From NCBI GenBank assembly GCA_036172245.1, contig JAYWIR010000014.1, positions 1,364,001 through 1,428,000 on the forward strand: DNA of 64,000 nt, given 5' to 3'. The stretch comes from Raillietiella orientalis. Taxonomy: Eukaryota. The notes beneath the pieces are model-generated. The model worked only from the letters and a program-made list of their open reading frames with translations. It was not told where the DNA came from and ran no database searches. Positions 13,670 to 26,597 of this stretch are shown here, one piece after another. How positions within the stretch are numbered: the first letter of the stretch is position 1; each line of letters begins with the position of its first letter. The position numbers and the translations under genes were made by a program.

Positions 13670-14050
13670 TAGGATATATATCTATATCTACTGGATACAG
13701 AAGTTGTCATGAAGGTCACGAGCGATGGCGGTCGTTGGAGTCTGTGTTTCCTTTGGTCGAAGCGGATGGGTGACAGCTCTAAGAGAATCTCACGAAATTC
13801 CTCCAAGGCGCATTGGAATGTAGACACCGTCGTGAGCGGAAGAGAAACCTGAGCGAAGGGTGCGTTGGTCCGTTTCACGCAGCGATCCCCGAGATATCGA
13901 GAATCTTTGTACTGAAAAGACACGAAGTTCACCGGAACAACTCAAGGATACGTGCTGGTTCCTTCTGCCGCGGAATCACCCTGAAGAGCTCAGCGTGCGG
14001 ACATGTTTCGTCCACGGCGAAAGCGAATGAACCATCCGAGAAAGTGCATG
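13670..14050 (+). mobile_element. LINE 3' (post-RT) fragment, CR1-like
   Basis: YLLDTEVVMKVTS / VGVCVS (cf. YxLxG..LEKVTS.K.LGV), then SPRYRESLY and GYVLVPSAAESP (cf. LY..LVRP.LEY...VWSP). Confidence 0.35.
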
Positions 14051-14069
14051 ATCGCTTTGTTTCTGCAAA

Positions 14070-14950
14070 GCCTTCAAGAAGAAGTACCAGATAAATTCTA
14101 CAGGTTCTCCTGTGTGAACGCCAGAGAAGCTCAGCTGAAAGTCAGGACCCTACACCCGGTCCAAAAACCTCTCGCGGAAGTGTTTGAAACGATTCTAGAG
14201 TCCCTAGGATGTCGAGAGGCATTCAAGCAGCTTCAGCCTTCGTAGCCCATTGGCTATTGGGAAAAAAATAAAATAAATACTGATTCCGCTCACGTGATCA
14301 CAGTTCGTTGTCAAGCCAAATTTCATCTAAGAAGATGGACCGAATAGACCCAACCCGTTCGGAAAATCCCTTCAGCAGACAGTTTCTTTCCTCTTGTGTC
14401 GTTTCTCAGGAACATCCTCCACATGTAGAATCCTCACTTTTTCGAGACGAGGATGTTGCGTGCGGCATTTCATTATAGGATTGATGGCTTCCTCTTTTAC
14501 GCAAATTAACCCTTTCAACAAGTTGGGACCATTTTGGAAGCAGCTGATCTACGATTGATGTGACTGAACCTCTGAAACGGAGGATAGGATATAAGAGAGT
14601 ACGACTTATCCATCTTGCTCTTCTTGTCAAGCAGATTTTACAGTGGAAGTTAGAAGCTCTAGGCGCAGCCAAACAACAGCCAAGGAGATAAGAGTGGGTG
14701 TGAATCTCCCATTCTCAATTCTTGGTTTCAGCTCATAGATAAACTTTACGCTGATTCACTGGGTTTTCCTTTCTGGAGTTTCACTTTTTGATTCGCAAGT
14801 TGCCCGCGGCGATTAGACTCTTTCTTAGATCGATTTGCTATTGAGAATGGTTTGCTATTCTAGTCTCAGAGAATAACAACCTGATGAGATGAAAGTTTCC
14901 AAAAATACCTTTTTTGAAAGGCTTGTCCGAGAATCCGTGAAATCTTGCAC
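14070..14950 (-). pseudogene. Decayed intronless receptor tyrosine kinase catalytic domain (FGFR/RET/PVR-like)
   Basis: Subdomains in order: ILGQ..KGIFGNF (~14935-14890); KVKLQKGKPSE; FIYELK; HTHSYLLGCC (~14700-14673); QLL.KWSQLV; KG..........I....AARNILVS (14466-14443), with KG-to-AARN spacing equal to the TK consensus; EKVRI; KFGLTTNCD..SGISIYLFFSQ*PMGYEG; LPREVF. HRD and DFG are destroyed. Confidence 0.75.
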
Positions 14951-14989
14951 CTTTTCCAGCCCTGCGGTACTGTCATCGTGTCCACCGGC

Positions 14990-15700
14990 CTTTAAAACTT
15001 TGAGGCCTCAGAGAGCAGCCGAATGGGAATACGATGTTTCTGTTGCGATGAGCCATCATGAGCTTTCTTCACGCTCTTAGTCTCTCCTAGAATACGAAAA
15101 TCCATCTGCAAAGCATCTCGGCTGTTTGCAACATGGCGAACATCCGAAAAGAAAAGTTTGCTTGTCTGGTCCGTGTCGACGTGGTCGACGTGTCTTATTA
15201 CATCCTCACGTTCTTCTTAGCAAGCTTGCATCGGGTTGACCTCTCGAAGCTAACCATGCTCCTCCTGAACATCCTCTACCAGGTGGATTACCTCTGCAGA
15301 AAACACGAATGAGCCTCCTCTGTCTTCCAGAGTCGCGCGTCTTTGCTTCTGCCACTGCATCCATGGAGGCAGGATTTGCGCGAGCACTCTCGGCTCTGGA
15401 ACTGTGAAGGAATGAGACGTCACTTTTACGGTTCTTCGTTGCGCGGTTACCAGAGAATGCAGTTGCCAGCTATTATCTTGCGAGACCTTTTGATGTGGCC
15501 CTTCTATTTTGATACAATCGATCAGCATGGAACGCCCGCAGAGGGAGCACGCAAATCAATGGACTGCATCATTCGGTGTCATCATCTAGTTGAATCATGG
15601 GCTTTGGGAAATTACGAGGCCTACTGTTGTGGAAAAGTGCCTCGAGGACAAGTTTGATTTATCCTACAACGGCATTTAAAGTGGCCTTCAGAGCGAAATG
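14990..15700 (+). pseudogene. Decayed intronless MAP kinase (p38/JNK-like)
   Basis: FKTLRP (cf. YQNLRP); LQHGEHP; DVSYYILTFFLASLHRVDLSKL...ILYQV (cf. JNK DVYLVMELMDANLCQV...LLYQM); GFAR; RGY...PAIIL (15466-15480, cf. RWYRAPEIIL); MWPFYFDTID (cf. p38 NWMHYNQTVD); SMDCII (cf. SVGCIM). Confidence 0.6.
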
Positions 15701-18700
15701 AAAATTCTGAGAGGCAAAGGAGAAACTTCGTTTCCTCAGTAACGGCTCCTTAGAGGGCCTTACCGAGCAAACCCGACGTTTCTTGTTGTGGTCGAACTGG
15801 CCCCTCCGTGCGTTTCGCGAGGTTTTCGTTCCATCTTCTTTGAGACAAGACCAAGAAACAAAGAAGTACTCTTACAGCTGATGAGGATTTTTGCTCTTTT
15901 GTTCGTTTATTTTCGCTTATTCCGATTGCTTTGCCTGTTGTTTCTCTCGTACCAGCATTTTCATGTGCGGTTCCTGCAGCTTGTTCTGGAAAAAGCGTTA
16001 CCGAAATCCCCGAGGTCACTCGAACGCGCACAGGAGTTCAGATCCCACGATCGTCTGCATAAGTTCACCCTCGAAGCAACAGATCATTCGCTCATTTGCG
16101 CGCACTTCTATCACAGGCAGCAGAGAGCCCTCGAGATGCGAGATTCGACCGTGAGCACCCTCAAGAGAGCGCGCTCATTTGAGCGCATGAAACCCACGCG
16201 CGTGGATCGCTTGAACGTTGCTTCGAGAGTACTTGCGAGTTCACGCACTCGTAACCATGGCAAGGAGGTGCAGAGAATGCAGTCGTGGGTCTTTCCGTGA
16301 CTTTTCCCTGAGACGATCCGTAACCACGGTGGCAGCAATCTTCGAAAGCAGTCTGGACCGCACTCGCACGTTTCCCCGAACACAACACCAATGGGGATGG
16401 GTGTTGCGAGGAGGCAAGTGGGAATGAATGAAGTTCACTGGCTGCAGACAAGCCAGCGCCATGGCTCAACGGGTCCAGTCGAATCGTGAAGGTTGCTGCG
16501 GAAGAAACTTCAAACTAGCCTATTCCAAGGGATGCCGCGTTTTAGAAGACAGAGCAGAGGAGCAGGGACTGCCTCGCTTTTTCTCCTTTCTCCCCGCAGC
16601 ATTCTCTTCGAGCTTCCTTTCCCTAAACAAGAGACGCGATCCTCCTGCCGGTCCATCTTCCTGCATGTCGCCGCAAAAGCCGAAAACAAAGACCTCCACG
16701 CGCCATCTGTCCTCAGTGAAAGCTACTTCGCGGGCGCAGCAGTTCGCTCCGTACTGTCTCCCGGGGACGTGCTCTCCCGAGAGATGTGTCAGCAGCCCAA
16801 GGCGGGCTCGGCTGAGACGCGCGCGCACCCGCGCTCGCGAGCGAAGCGGGAGAGTCTGAGAACGTGGCTAGAGCCTCTGACGAGCCTTCTGGCTCACCTG
16901 TGCATCTTTTCTTTCCCCTCTCCGCTCCCGGGAGGAGACTCGCAGCTGCCCGGCTCGCTCCTGCTCGATGCGCGAGTTCGGGTGGCAAAAACAGGGACGG
17001 GCCAACAGAAGTATCCTTTGGACGGCGCCGGCGATTGCTTCGGTCCTTCCCGCTCCCGCCGCTACGAACGATGTTCTCGCTTTGCTGAACTCTGCTCTTT
17101 CGCTCTCCCTTCCTCCCGTTTCCAAAGGACGACTTTCCTCCGTCAGGGGTGCAACAGAGAAGGAAAGGTGGCATCTCAGTTGCCCACCTCCTCGTCGCTG
17201 ACTCATCCTGAACGATGGGCACCCTTCAGTTGAGGAAGGGCAAGCCACTCGCAGAAGGGAGTCTGCGCGGATCTCTGGACGGCGATTGGCTGGAGCATCG
17301 CACTTCGGCCTTCTGGAACCTAACCCAGAACATGGGATCCGTCCTTGCATCTGCGCAGGACCGCTCCTCCACTTAGCTTTGCCATGCGTGCTCTTTTCAC
17401 TCTGCGTGCGCAGTCGCGACGTCGTGCGCCATCCATCTTCCTGCTCTCGAGAACAAGCGTTGCTTCGTTACCAGCTTCGCGCTCCGAAGTCCTCCTCGCC
17501 CTTCCACTTTTTTTGTTCGTTTTCTTTCGCTCTCTCTCTCTCCCGGGAGAAACGCTCGAGTTCTCTGGAAAACGCCTCTGCAGCCATCGTTTCTGATAAA
17601 AGTACACCCTAGCAGAACGCATCCTGGAATCATCGCCGGATTCCGGATCATCCCAACATTCATTCCCCCTTTCGCTCGCATTCGTCTCCCTTCGGGTGCA
17701 CACAGGAGCGCTCGTGCGGTGCTCGTGATGGAAATTTCGGACTTTGCGTAGAGCACGCAGCGGTAGTGTGAGCGCGCGCGCAGCCACCACGCGGGAAAAT
17801 CGGCCGGGTTTTTCGCACTTTGGCGATGCCGCGTCCCCCGCGGGAAGAGCGGGCTTGCTAGACCCTGACTCTCTCTTCGGCAAAGCAAGCAGAGGCGACT
17901 CTCCCATCTCCTTACCCAGATAAGTCCTTCCAGCACACAGAAAGGGAAAAGCAATGGGATGCGAGGCAACTCTCCATCCCTGTCTCCAGGGATGGAGTGC
18001 CCACTGAAAAGGAAAAGCCGTCCCATGGTGAGCAGGCACGCAGCGAGGAAAGGGAGGAGGAAGAAAAGGAGAATAGGTCTGGTTTGACCGAATCGCGACC
18101 AGACAGAAGTGCGAGTTCCTTGGCTATAGTCCCAATAGTCTTGTTGCCTCTTTTCCCTCTGCAGAGCTTCTGCCGCTCTTTCTACTATTTCACGAGGGAG
18201 TGGCGAGAGTTGCGGACCTAAGAATCTGGCTCCCGGAGGCATGCCCTCCCCTCCTTCCCATCCTCCACCGGAAACCCCTACGCACCCGCCGACCTAGGGA
18301 AAAAATAATTTGAACTGGTTCTGATTTGAGAAGTCTTCGCTCCCTTCGGCGGGTACCTCTTGCTTCTGTTAGAAGGGAGAAGAGTCCCCATGGCGTCTTT
18401 TTGGAGAGCAACCTGTCGGGGATGACGGCTGTTTTGGAAACACACGTCTTCTAAAAGCTCTCCCCTTCTCATGCATTTCTCCCCTTGAGATCTCTCGTCT
18501 CTTCTGCGCGAAGTAGCTGCCGAGTGTTTCCGCCCACCTTCCTTTTTCTTCCTCCCCCTTTCTCCTCCTCATCTCTTCCACCCCTCCTCCTCCTACCGCA
18601 GATCAAACTCCAGACTCAGGGATCGAGTAGAAGGGACACCGGCTGCAGAGATGAGGGCGTGGAGAGAGCAGGCCCTCAGCCGGGATCTTTCCCTGGAAAC

Positions 18701-18779
18701 GGGTAGGGGCGCGGGCGTGGAGTGCTCGACAGTCTGACAACTTTCGGAGCTCCCGGAACACATACTAAAGAAGCGGCAG

Positions 18780-19880
18780 TCGATTTTCTCCTCTCCTGCA
18801 TGCTATTCCGCTCCGGAAACACACTCAGAGAGCTGTGGGACGGCACCAGGAGAGGCTTCCTGGACCATTTACCCGGGGTGAGCCCCATCGGGGCCTTGTC
18901 TTCCCCTCCCCTGGAGCCATCAACTCTCCATACCGCGGCGAACCGTTTCGATTTCAAGCTGTTGCGAGAATTTCGGAGGTCCCTGGAGGGAAGCATCAGA
19001 AGAACCCATCGCTCCATCCTTCCCCCATAGTTCAGTTTTCAGTTTCATGATCATCACTGAGACCAGTCCATCTCGTCTCCATTTATTCATTTACTTTCTG
19101 ATGGTCCCTCCCCTTCCTGAATTACCTCCCTTCATTACCTTTGGTGTCGGGCCGGCATCGTCACTCCCTATTCCCCCGTCGATAGGGAGAAGACCACGGA
19201 AATGGCAAAAATGTCCTGTCTTCATACGTCCCATGTGCTCTCGAACTTGAGAGTCGGTTTATTTATTGGAGACAGAGAACCCAGTAAGCCGGGATGAGAT
19301 GGACCTCAATTACTCGTGGGCCGCGTGCTCTCGAAACCCCTCATGGAGCCAGTTCATGCGGTATGAAAAGTTCTCCTTGACTATATCCTCAACCACATCT
19401 GGAACAAGGAAACGAGCATTAAGAGACACGACGACCTGACAGTCCAGACGAAGAGGGCAGCTCGAGAAAAAGAGAAGCCGACAGCCTCTCTTCAACCCAT
19501 CTTCCGGGAAGAGGATAACAATGGGCGTTGCCTGTCTCTCTCTCTGAAGCACCACATGGGCAATACTGGCGAAAGAGTCTAAGTACAGAGTATGGGCTCT
19601 TCACTTGACCGACAAAGGAACACCAGCACCGTTTAGGGATCGCCGTCTAGGAACATGGATTTGGGGAAGAGAGCATCAAGAAGGAAGCGACGTGCTCCGA
19701 TGCAACGCGACTCCACAGGGATCTACTGGAGCTAGGGTTAGTAGCCGAGCTGGGAAGACCCTCATAATACCGCAGCCTCGAGTGGAGGATGGGATGAGGA
19801 CAGACAAACTGCGAGGATGGATGCACCTCCGGACCCATCGTTTGTGGAACACAGACGCGAAGGCATCTTGGCCCTCTGAT
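18780..19880 (+). mobile_element. Decayed LINE RT and 3' region (CR1/L2-like)
   Basis: GVSPIGALSSPPL (cf. GVPQGSVLSPLL); YLLETENPVSRDEMDL; SWSQF; LDYILNHIWNKETSIK; terminal RTHRLWNT (~19830-19853, cf. RTIRLWNSLP). Confidence 0.5.
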
Positions 19881-20519
19881 TCCCTTCTTCCCTTTTCCTC
19901 ACCCCTTCCGTATCCCGCTTCCTTCCTCGGTCATCCTTCCTTCACTCCTAAGCCTCTCACAGACCCTCTAAATGACTTGCTGGACTCAGCCTTCCTGTTG
20001 AACGTGGTCCATCGTGCTCCCTGAGTGGCACACATGATCACTTGAGCGCAGCGCTGCTCCAAGGAGAAAAGATGCGAGGGAAAGGATGGTCTTTCACGCG
20101 GGAGTTCTCCTTAGAGGATTCAAAGCGTCTTGATGAGAGCCGCGCCAATCTTCCTTCTCAGTAAGGAGGAAGAGATCGTCATGTTTGGTGAGGGGGAGGT
20201 GTCTTTCACGGAAGAACGGAATCTGCAAGAGACGCATCCCCACCCAAGCAGAATGATGGAAAGCATTAATTCAATAAATTTATTGAAAGTTTGTTCCTCT
20301 TCTGCTCCATTTGAAAATCATCACCCTGTTTTTTATCATGGGGATCGGTGGTAGCATCGCTGTATTGACGATGGCGCTCCGCCTCCGCATACCTGCTCGT
20401 TGTTAAGGAAGCACTTCTACCGAGGAATTGCTTACCCCAGTCCCTCATCTGCGTCACGAGTGTTCGTTCGAGTCTATCCGTGAGATTGGAGTTCCATCTA
20501 CAATCAGAGGAGGAGAAGA

Positions 20520-22150
20520 GAAAGAAATGTATGCGGAAGGAACTCCAGGTGAACGCCGAAAACCGTCGCACGTGCTCACTAACTTCATAAATCCAGATGT
20601 TTCCCAAGCCATCTCCTGTAGCAATCTGCGACCCTGATGGGTCCATGATACTTGATTTAGAGCTTCATTTTCTTCAACTTTAATGGGAACTACCGGAATT
20701 TCAGTGCCAGTTTTTACAATGCCATCAATCCAGCTGGCCAGTTCCATCGGCAGCTGGAAATAAGGCAGGATGTATTGGTGTCCAGATCATATCATAGGCA
20801 GAGTTTCCGTTGTTTTCAAATGGTCGCAATGCATCAGGTCCTTCAGATGTCCAGAGATTTGCCGCTCAATCTGTTAAAGAAATGAGAAAAAGGCAATATA
20901 GAGGTCGAGAAACACAACAGATTGCGATGCCTGTAACAGGATCTGATGATCTTTGTGTGGTTTACTACCAGGGCAACGAGACTCACTTCCCAAATAGAGT
21001 TATTCGTATCAATGCTATGAAAAGCCATCACTGCAACAGCTATACTTAGCTTGTTCTGAAATGCCCAATTTTCTTATGGCTGTGCTAGCCATAGCCAAAA
21101 GCCAGCAACCAGCAACCCAACTCATCATGTGTCCACAGAGTAATCAGATTCAGAGCATGTGATCCCCACAACACACGTGCTGCACATTGGATGAGTAGCT
21201 GTACATTGAATGAGCTCATCAAGTTTTACAAAAGTGCGTTTGTTCGTACGGTTATCCGGAAGAACGGGAACGAGTCCCTCCTGCATGAGCCTGAGACGGC
21301 CAATCATTGGAACTACTCCCAAGAGTTTCACGCGCAACAGGAGTACCATGATACCTTGAAAACCATGAAAGACCACGATGATCGTGACTCCGAAACGGAG
21401 CGGCAAACTTTTGAACCACGCTCTTGTTCCCTTCTTCGAAGGCTACGTTTCCTGGAAAACTGTCCCGGCGAGTTCTTGCCTCGTTCCAACGCTACAATCC
21501 CTCCTTTTCCTAGTCAGTGCCATTCCGGCAAGATGACTGACGGAAAATTGGATCTGACTGGTAAAGAACATTCGAAGACTGTCGATCGAGGAAATCGCAC
21601 CACCTCTCGACACAGCATTACGGGAATCATAGAGCACAGGCTTCGCGTCGAGAAGAATTCTCGATGTTGAAAGCTTCGCTCTGGAGCTGCGTGAAGAGGG
21701 GGCATTCCGTATTTGAAAGACTTTTAAATGAAATGCTAGAGAAGAAGGTTCTGTTCTCTCCCTTTGCTGCTAGGAAACGAGCAAAGGGTCGCCGAGAAGT
21801 CTGGCATAACGAAGGAAGTATCAAAGGGGACCATTTTCGGTGGAAAAATTGTAGCTGTTGCTGAGAAACAGGACTTTGAGGTTGCGATACGTTTTCCACC
21901 GATTTGGTCACGGTTCGTTTTTCTTCATGTGAAATGGGGCTTCCGACGAGGGAGCTTTCTGTTATGTACAGCGAGAAGTTTCCTTAGCCAGCGATTACTC
22001 TCCTTTCCACTTCGACTTTTAGATGTGTGATGAATGTGGATCGCGTTCTTTGCGTTCTGAGACATTGCTCTCACTGACTCTGCTGACGTTTGAGATATTT
22101 ATTGCTAGGGAAATTTCGTTTCGGTTGTGTTCCTTCTCAACAGGTGGTTT
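20520..22150 (-). pseudogene. DYNC1I: Near full-length intronless pseudogene of cytoplasmic dynein 1 intermediate chain (WD40)
   Basis: Minus strand: ATIFPPK; FARF; YDSR...ISSID; SNFPSVIL; GIVA/WN; VFH; DNRTNKRT; THP; AVAVMAF..DTNN; HQ/PVTG; D*AANLW; FENNGNSAYDMIWTPIHPALFPAADGTGQLD*W; TEIP; ALNQVSWTHQGR/QIATGDGLGNIWIYEVSE; WSSFRIHF. The 20940-20560 block matches the DYNC1I C-terminal WD repeats closely. TGA stops fall at conserved W/L positions and there are several 1-nt frameshifts. The N-terminal extent is less certain. Confidence 0.92.
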
Positions 22151-22959
22151 ATTGGCCACATCTCTTGACGAGTGCGAGATCGCTCGTGGCACAGGGAAGT
22201 TGCCCATCATGTAGTAAAAACAGAAACTGCTCCGAAGTGTTAAGAGGCTAGTTTCGGTACAGCTTTCAGCGCACGAGCGTTCTCCGTGCCCCCAAAAGAG
22301 TTATCAAGCATTTGTTTGTGAACACTGGCATTTCAGGCGTACGAACTCCTTATGGTTTCCTTGTGAACAAAGGAATTATGGTCCTGCGTTTTACTGCCAT
22401 CCGTGTTTGCATGTGAGCAAACGACTCCAGACATACCGAGGTAGTAAAAGAATGGTGCGTCTAGGGAGCGTTTGCATGATTCCTCATCACTGTTCTCTAT
22501 ACTTTTCCGTGGAAAGCTGAAATCACAACAAAGCAATAAAAGCAATGATGAAACTGATTCAAGCGATCTCGAATGAAGATTTTATGATCTCCATGAAGTG
22601 AAGGGAGAGATTATAAAACAATAAAGCATGTAGACATGTTCTTTCCTCTTTTTATGCATCTCTGTTTTCAGCTCCGGATGCATTATGGAACCATGTAGTT
22701 GTAATCTGTGGAGCCCAATGATTTACTCCAGATTCACTTCTTGCTTCAGGGGTTTGCGTTGCCTTTGTTCAATCTGAGAGAAGATTTCGAAGATGATGAT
22801 AACGTTTTCACGCCCCCTTAGAAGAAGAAAAGCACGGATCATTAAATGAAGGAACCCATGCAGAAATTTCTAGATGAATTCATTCTTAATTAATGGTGAT
22901 CTTATGATTTATAAGACACCGAAACGCTGGATTAAGCAAGAAAAAAAAAAAAAAAAAAG

Positions 22960-23700
22960 AGCCAGTCAGACATCGGGTCAGAGTTTCCGTGAATTCTCTT
23001 CCCACCACTCCTTTGAGCGTGGAAAGTTCAACCAGACTACAACGTTAGCTTTCAGTGCTGATGGATCCCATTTCCGAACGACGTTGGTTCCTATAAGTGG
23101 CAATGTAGGAACCACTTTGGAGCTTCTGAAGATGCGATTCAGATACGGAATTTTCTTGCTCTCGTCCATGAATGAGTGCTTTCGAAATTAGATTTTTGGC
23201 CATCGTTTCAGCAAGCCTTCCCTCCGTAAAGATGAGGCTCTTGTTGGCTTCTGGGTCTCTCTTCCGATCTGGTTTCCTGTCTCTGAAACCTCTGAGCGTA
23301 AAAACCCTTTCCGAGTCTTCTTCTCAGCTCATTTATCATCTGGTACTTTAGCAGATGCCTCTGATACCAACAGTCCGCTCCTTGTTTCCATAGTACAATG
23401 GAATGTGTGCTTGAAATCAAGCAGTCCGATGGTCCTTGGTCTCTCGGACTGGATTTTTCACCCTTGGGAACAAAAACCAGTTACTCTTTTGTGACTTCAG
23501 GAGTAAAAGTGAGCATAGTCTTTCTACCTTTTGCGGAATTTAGAGACTACCGAACTGAGTTTTCAAGCTAGAAGGCGTGTCCTACAAAGTGTGTCTCCGG
23601 AAAAACCATCTGCAGCCTCATCTCTTAAAAAAGATTTCACGTAGACTTTAAAAGTAATTCCACTTGGACTTTTCCCTGAAGTGTTCCAGTTCTGGTGTTC
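22960..23700 (-). mobile_element. Decayed LINE RT fragment (R1-like)
   Basis: DGFSGD; KE*LVFVPKGEKSSP/RTIGLLD (~23485-23415, cf. WK.A.LVLIPKG...YRPICLLD); KKIPYLNRIFRS (cf. .VP.YL.RII.SYL); GIHQ at the GVPQG position. Confidence 0.65.
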
Positions 23701-24829
23701 GGGATAATCTTATGCAAAGCTAGTTTGCGTCCCTCGGTTGCTTCGGTTGTGCTCTGTTCTTCCATCTCAAAACAGAGAGGCTCGCCGTTTCCATCGGCAC
23801 AGGAGCAACGAGGTGCATCCCTTAAAAATGATTTCTTGCAGTGCGCACACACATCTCGGGATCGCATGCTAGGAAACTCTTTTTGCTGCCTGGAAATAAA
23901 GTCGGTGTGAAAACCGCTTGCCTTTCGAGCTTACGGAATGCCTTCATTCTACCTTCCCTCCTCCCCCCCTTCCCGCAATGAGATGGTAGTGGGATCCACG
24001 TCACCCACGTCATCTTCCGGAGTGCCGGAGAAATGAGTCGGCCTTCAGGTCGCAACTTGCACAGCTTCATGACGCAACGGCAGGAGTACGATCTCTAAGG
24101 CCTGTGCGCGCGCTTGGAGAGGAGCGAGAGAGCAAAGAACGAGGACCCCACCAGGCCAGCAGAGATGATGCGTAATGGCTGCTTGCCAAGCAGAGGAGAG
24201 ATGTTCTTTCGCGCGCTCCAATAAGAGGAGCTACAGGGAGTTTCTCATGGCCGAGTTCCACGGGGTGCAAACTCGGCTGCTTGTGAGAAACTCCTGGCTT
24301 TCCAGGATTCCCAGTCGCAGCTGACGGGGTGCTCGGAGAAGCGAGCTAACGAGGAATTCCCATGATGCGAGCCCGGCCGGAAAGCTGCAGATCTCTGGAA
24401 GGAGAATCCGATTCCTCATGCCAAGTTTCGCGTCACAGTCAGGTTCGCCCAAACCTGACCTTCTGCGCGGCGCGCCTTCGGGCTTAGCGCAGCAAGCCGC
24501 CTGGGACTCTCTAATTAATTAAACGCAATTAGCTTGGTTGCATTCTGGTTGATGGGCGTTACAGTTCAGACACTCCCTGAACGAAGACGTCTCTCTGCTC
24601 CCCGCTCCCGTGAGAAAGAGATCACTTTTGCGCGAACTGAAGTGATTTCTTCTTGCATGTCAGAAGGCGAATTTTCCTTCCCGCTTCGGAAGCAGAGAAT
24701 CCATGATCCTGTCAGAATAACTGCTAACCGCTCCCAGCAGTGATGCGTTTGTTTTCTCGAGTGAGCCTCTATTTATAAATGCTCTGCTGTTGCCAAAGAG
24801 GAGCACCGGTACGCTTCAGACAAAGTCAT

Positions 24830-25300
24830 CACTGCACTCACAAGTCTTCACGCTTCCACAAAGCTGGTGGTGCGTATCCTTTTCTGCAAGGTTTCTCGTG
24901 ATGATGGAATCAAATCTGCTCTCTCTATGTTCCGAGATAGCTGCCTTTTTAGAAGCATCTCTTGCAGAATCTAACACTCTCTTCCTGTGATTTCTATATG
25001 AAGAATGGAGGGAACTTTTTTCCATTCCTGCATCTTCAGATGTTCAATACGAAGAATTCTCTTAGGATGGATGTTTTTCAGTCGAACGTTTCGGGCAGTG
25101 ACAAATTTGCATGGTGGCCGAATTTTAGAGATTCAGGTCACGGGAATGCTTGAAGCTCTCAAGAGAAGAATTTTCTGTAGATTTCTCACAAGAGTAAACC
25201 AATCAGTATCTAGGATTCGATCTCGGATTCCAGCTCGAGAGATATAGAATGACTTCGGATTCCCTTCGGATTGAAGACGAAGGAAGCCCAGCAGCACTCA
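24830..25300 (+). mobile_element. Penelope-like element RT/thumb relic
   Basis: LPQSWWCVSFSARFLVM (cf. P..WWRYVDD.F.IW); DFYM..GNFFPFLHLQMFNTKNSLRMDVFQ (cf. FTME.E....LPFLDV.......L.T.VYRK); LEALKRRIF (cf. ..SL..RA). Confidence 0.55.
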
Positions 25301-26064
25301 TTGAGGATCATGCTTACTGCTCCATCCTCTAGGCCGCGATGTGGCCGCGTTCCCTTGAACTTGGTTTCCTTACTAAGCAGAAGAATAAGGGAGAGAGAGA
25401 TATAAAGAGAAAGAAGAAAACAAAGGGAAAAAAAAGAGACGAAAAAAAAAAAAATGAGCTTTTCTCAACTCATACAGAACGAATACCTTCGAAACGCACT
25501 GCTTAGAAAGAATTTCGAATTCTCAGATTCACTGAAACGGAGTTCCGCAGAATTGTTACTCTTTCTGTGCAAGTATGACGAAACGACACGCCTCTAACAT
25601 GAATTGCAGATAGCACGACTGACATCTGGTGGTTGGCAAATGGCAGTTGGATACACGGGTGTTAAAAGATGCAGAAGATTCGAAGGCATTCGTCGTGGGA
25701 CTGTCTGCAAAAAAAAAAAATAGGAGCAAGTTTCCTTCAATGTATCCAGCAGGAACGACGCTGCTTCCAACGAGAAACACGTCAGCAAGCTTTCTGAGGG
25801 AAAGGAAAGCAGTAAGCCACACTCCTCCGCCACCGATTTTGCTTGGGCGCGAAAAACGCACTTGCTTCAAACGACTTCCGGTCCACTGTATTGGGACCTC
25901 GTGTTTTCATTCCATCATGTGAGACGTGGAGTACACTTTGCTATTGGGTTTTGTTTGGTTGAAAAGGAAGGAACCAGAAAGTTAGGAGTTGACCTCAGAA
26001 CCAGGGCATTCAAAAAGCAAACAAAAAAAAGATGTTACGCAAATCGGCTACTGCTATTCTCTAC

Positions 26065-26597
26065 GGAGGGATCCTTCCCCGTAGGAGGCCACTCCTCATT
26101 TCTTCTCCGAAGGGAACTGGAAAGGACCCATGGAATTTTTTTTTTTCTGGAGGACCCTCCGCAAAGGACCCTCTCCTCGTTTCCTCCTCTTAAGAGAACC
26201 CCGAAGGAAGGCTTCCCGATTTCTCCCTGAAGGACGCTCCCCGGAAGGTGCAGCTCGCTTCCTGCACTCTGGAGAGGCAGACCCTCTATAGAGGCTCCCC
26301 TCCCCCCGAGAGGGGAGACGACTCCATTTTCACAACCGGAGGGTAACCCTAAAGGAAACTGCCTTCTTGACTCCTGAAGAGACCCCAGAGGGTCAACTTC
26401 CAATCCCAGCCAGTCAACAGGAGCATCGCTTTCCGGCTTCCACCAGTGCCGAGTCATGCTTCGGGAAAGGAGAGGGGGGGGGGTGCTCGGGACCAACGAC
26501 ACAGCCATTTCTCGGCCTCGATCCCACCCCGGGTGGGATTCGAACCCGCAACGCTTGGTACCAAGCTCAGAGACCATTGCCACACAACTGCCAAAGC
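26065..26597 (-). mobile_element. tRNA-headed SINE-like repeat, copy 1
   Basis: Minus strand has A-box-like TGTGGCAATGG and B-box GGTTCGAATCC (plus 26536-26546), followed by GGATCGAGGCCGAGAAATGG and later TTCCTTCGGGGTTCTCTTAAGAGGAGGAAACGAGGAGAGGGTCCTTTGCGG. Both blocks have similar counterparts in 43865-44300. Confidence 0.6.

Noticed and set aside
20560..20940. Alternative genetic code (TGA=Trp) or RNA editing rescuing the dynein and kinase frames
   Set aside because: TGA also falls at a Leu position, TAA and TAG occur too, indels vary in size, and catalytic residues (HRD, DFG, YADD) are substituted. This fits neutral decay, not recoding.
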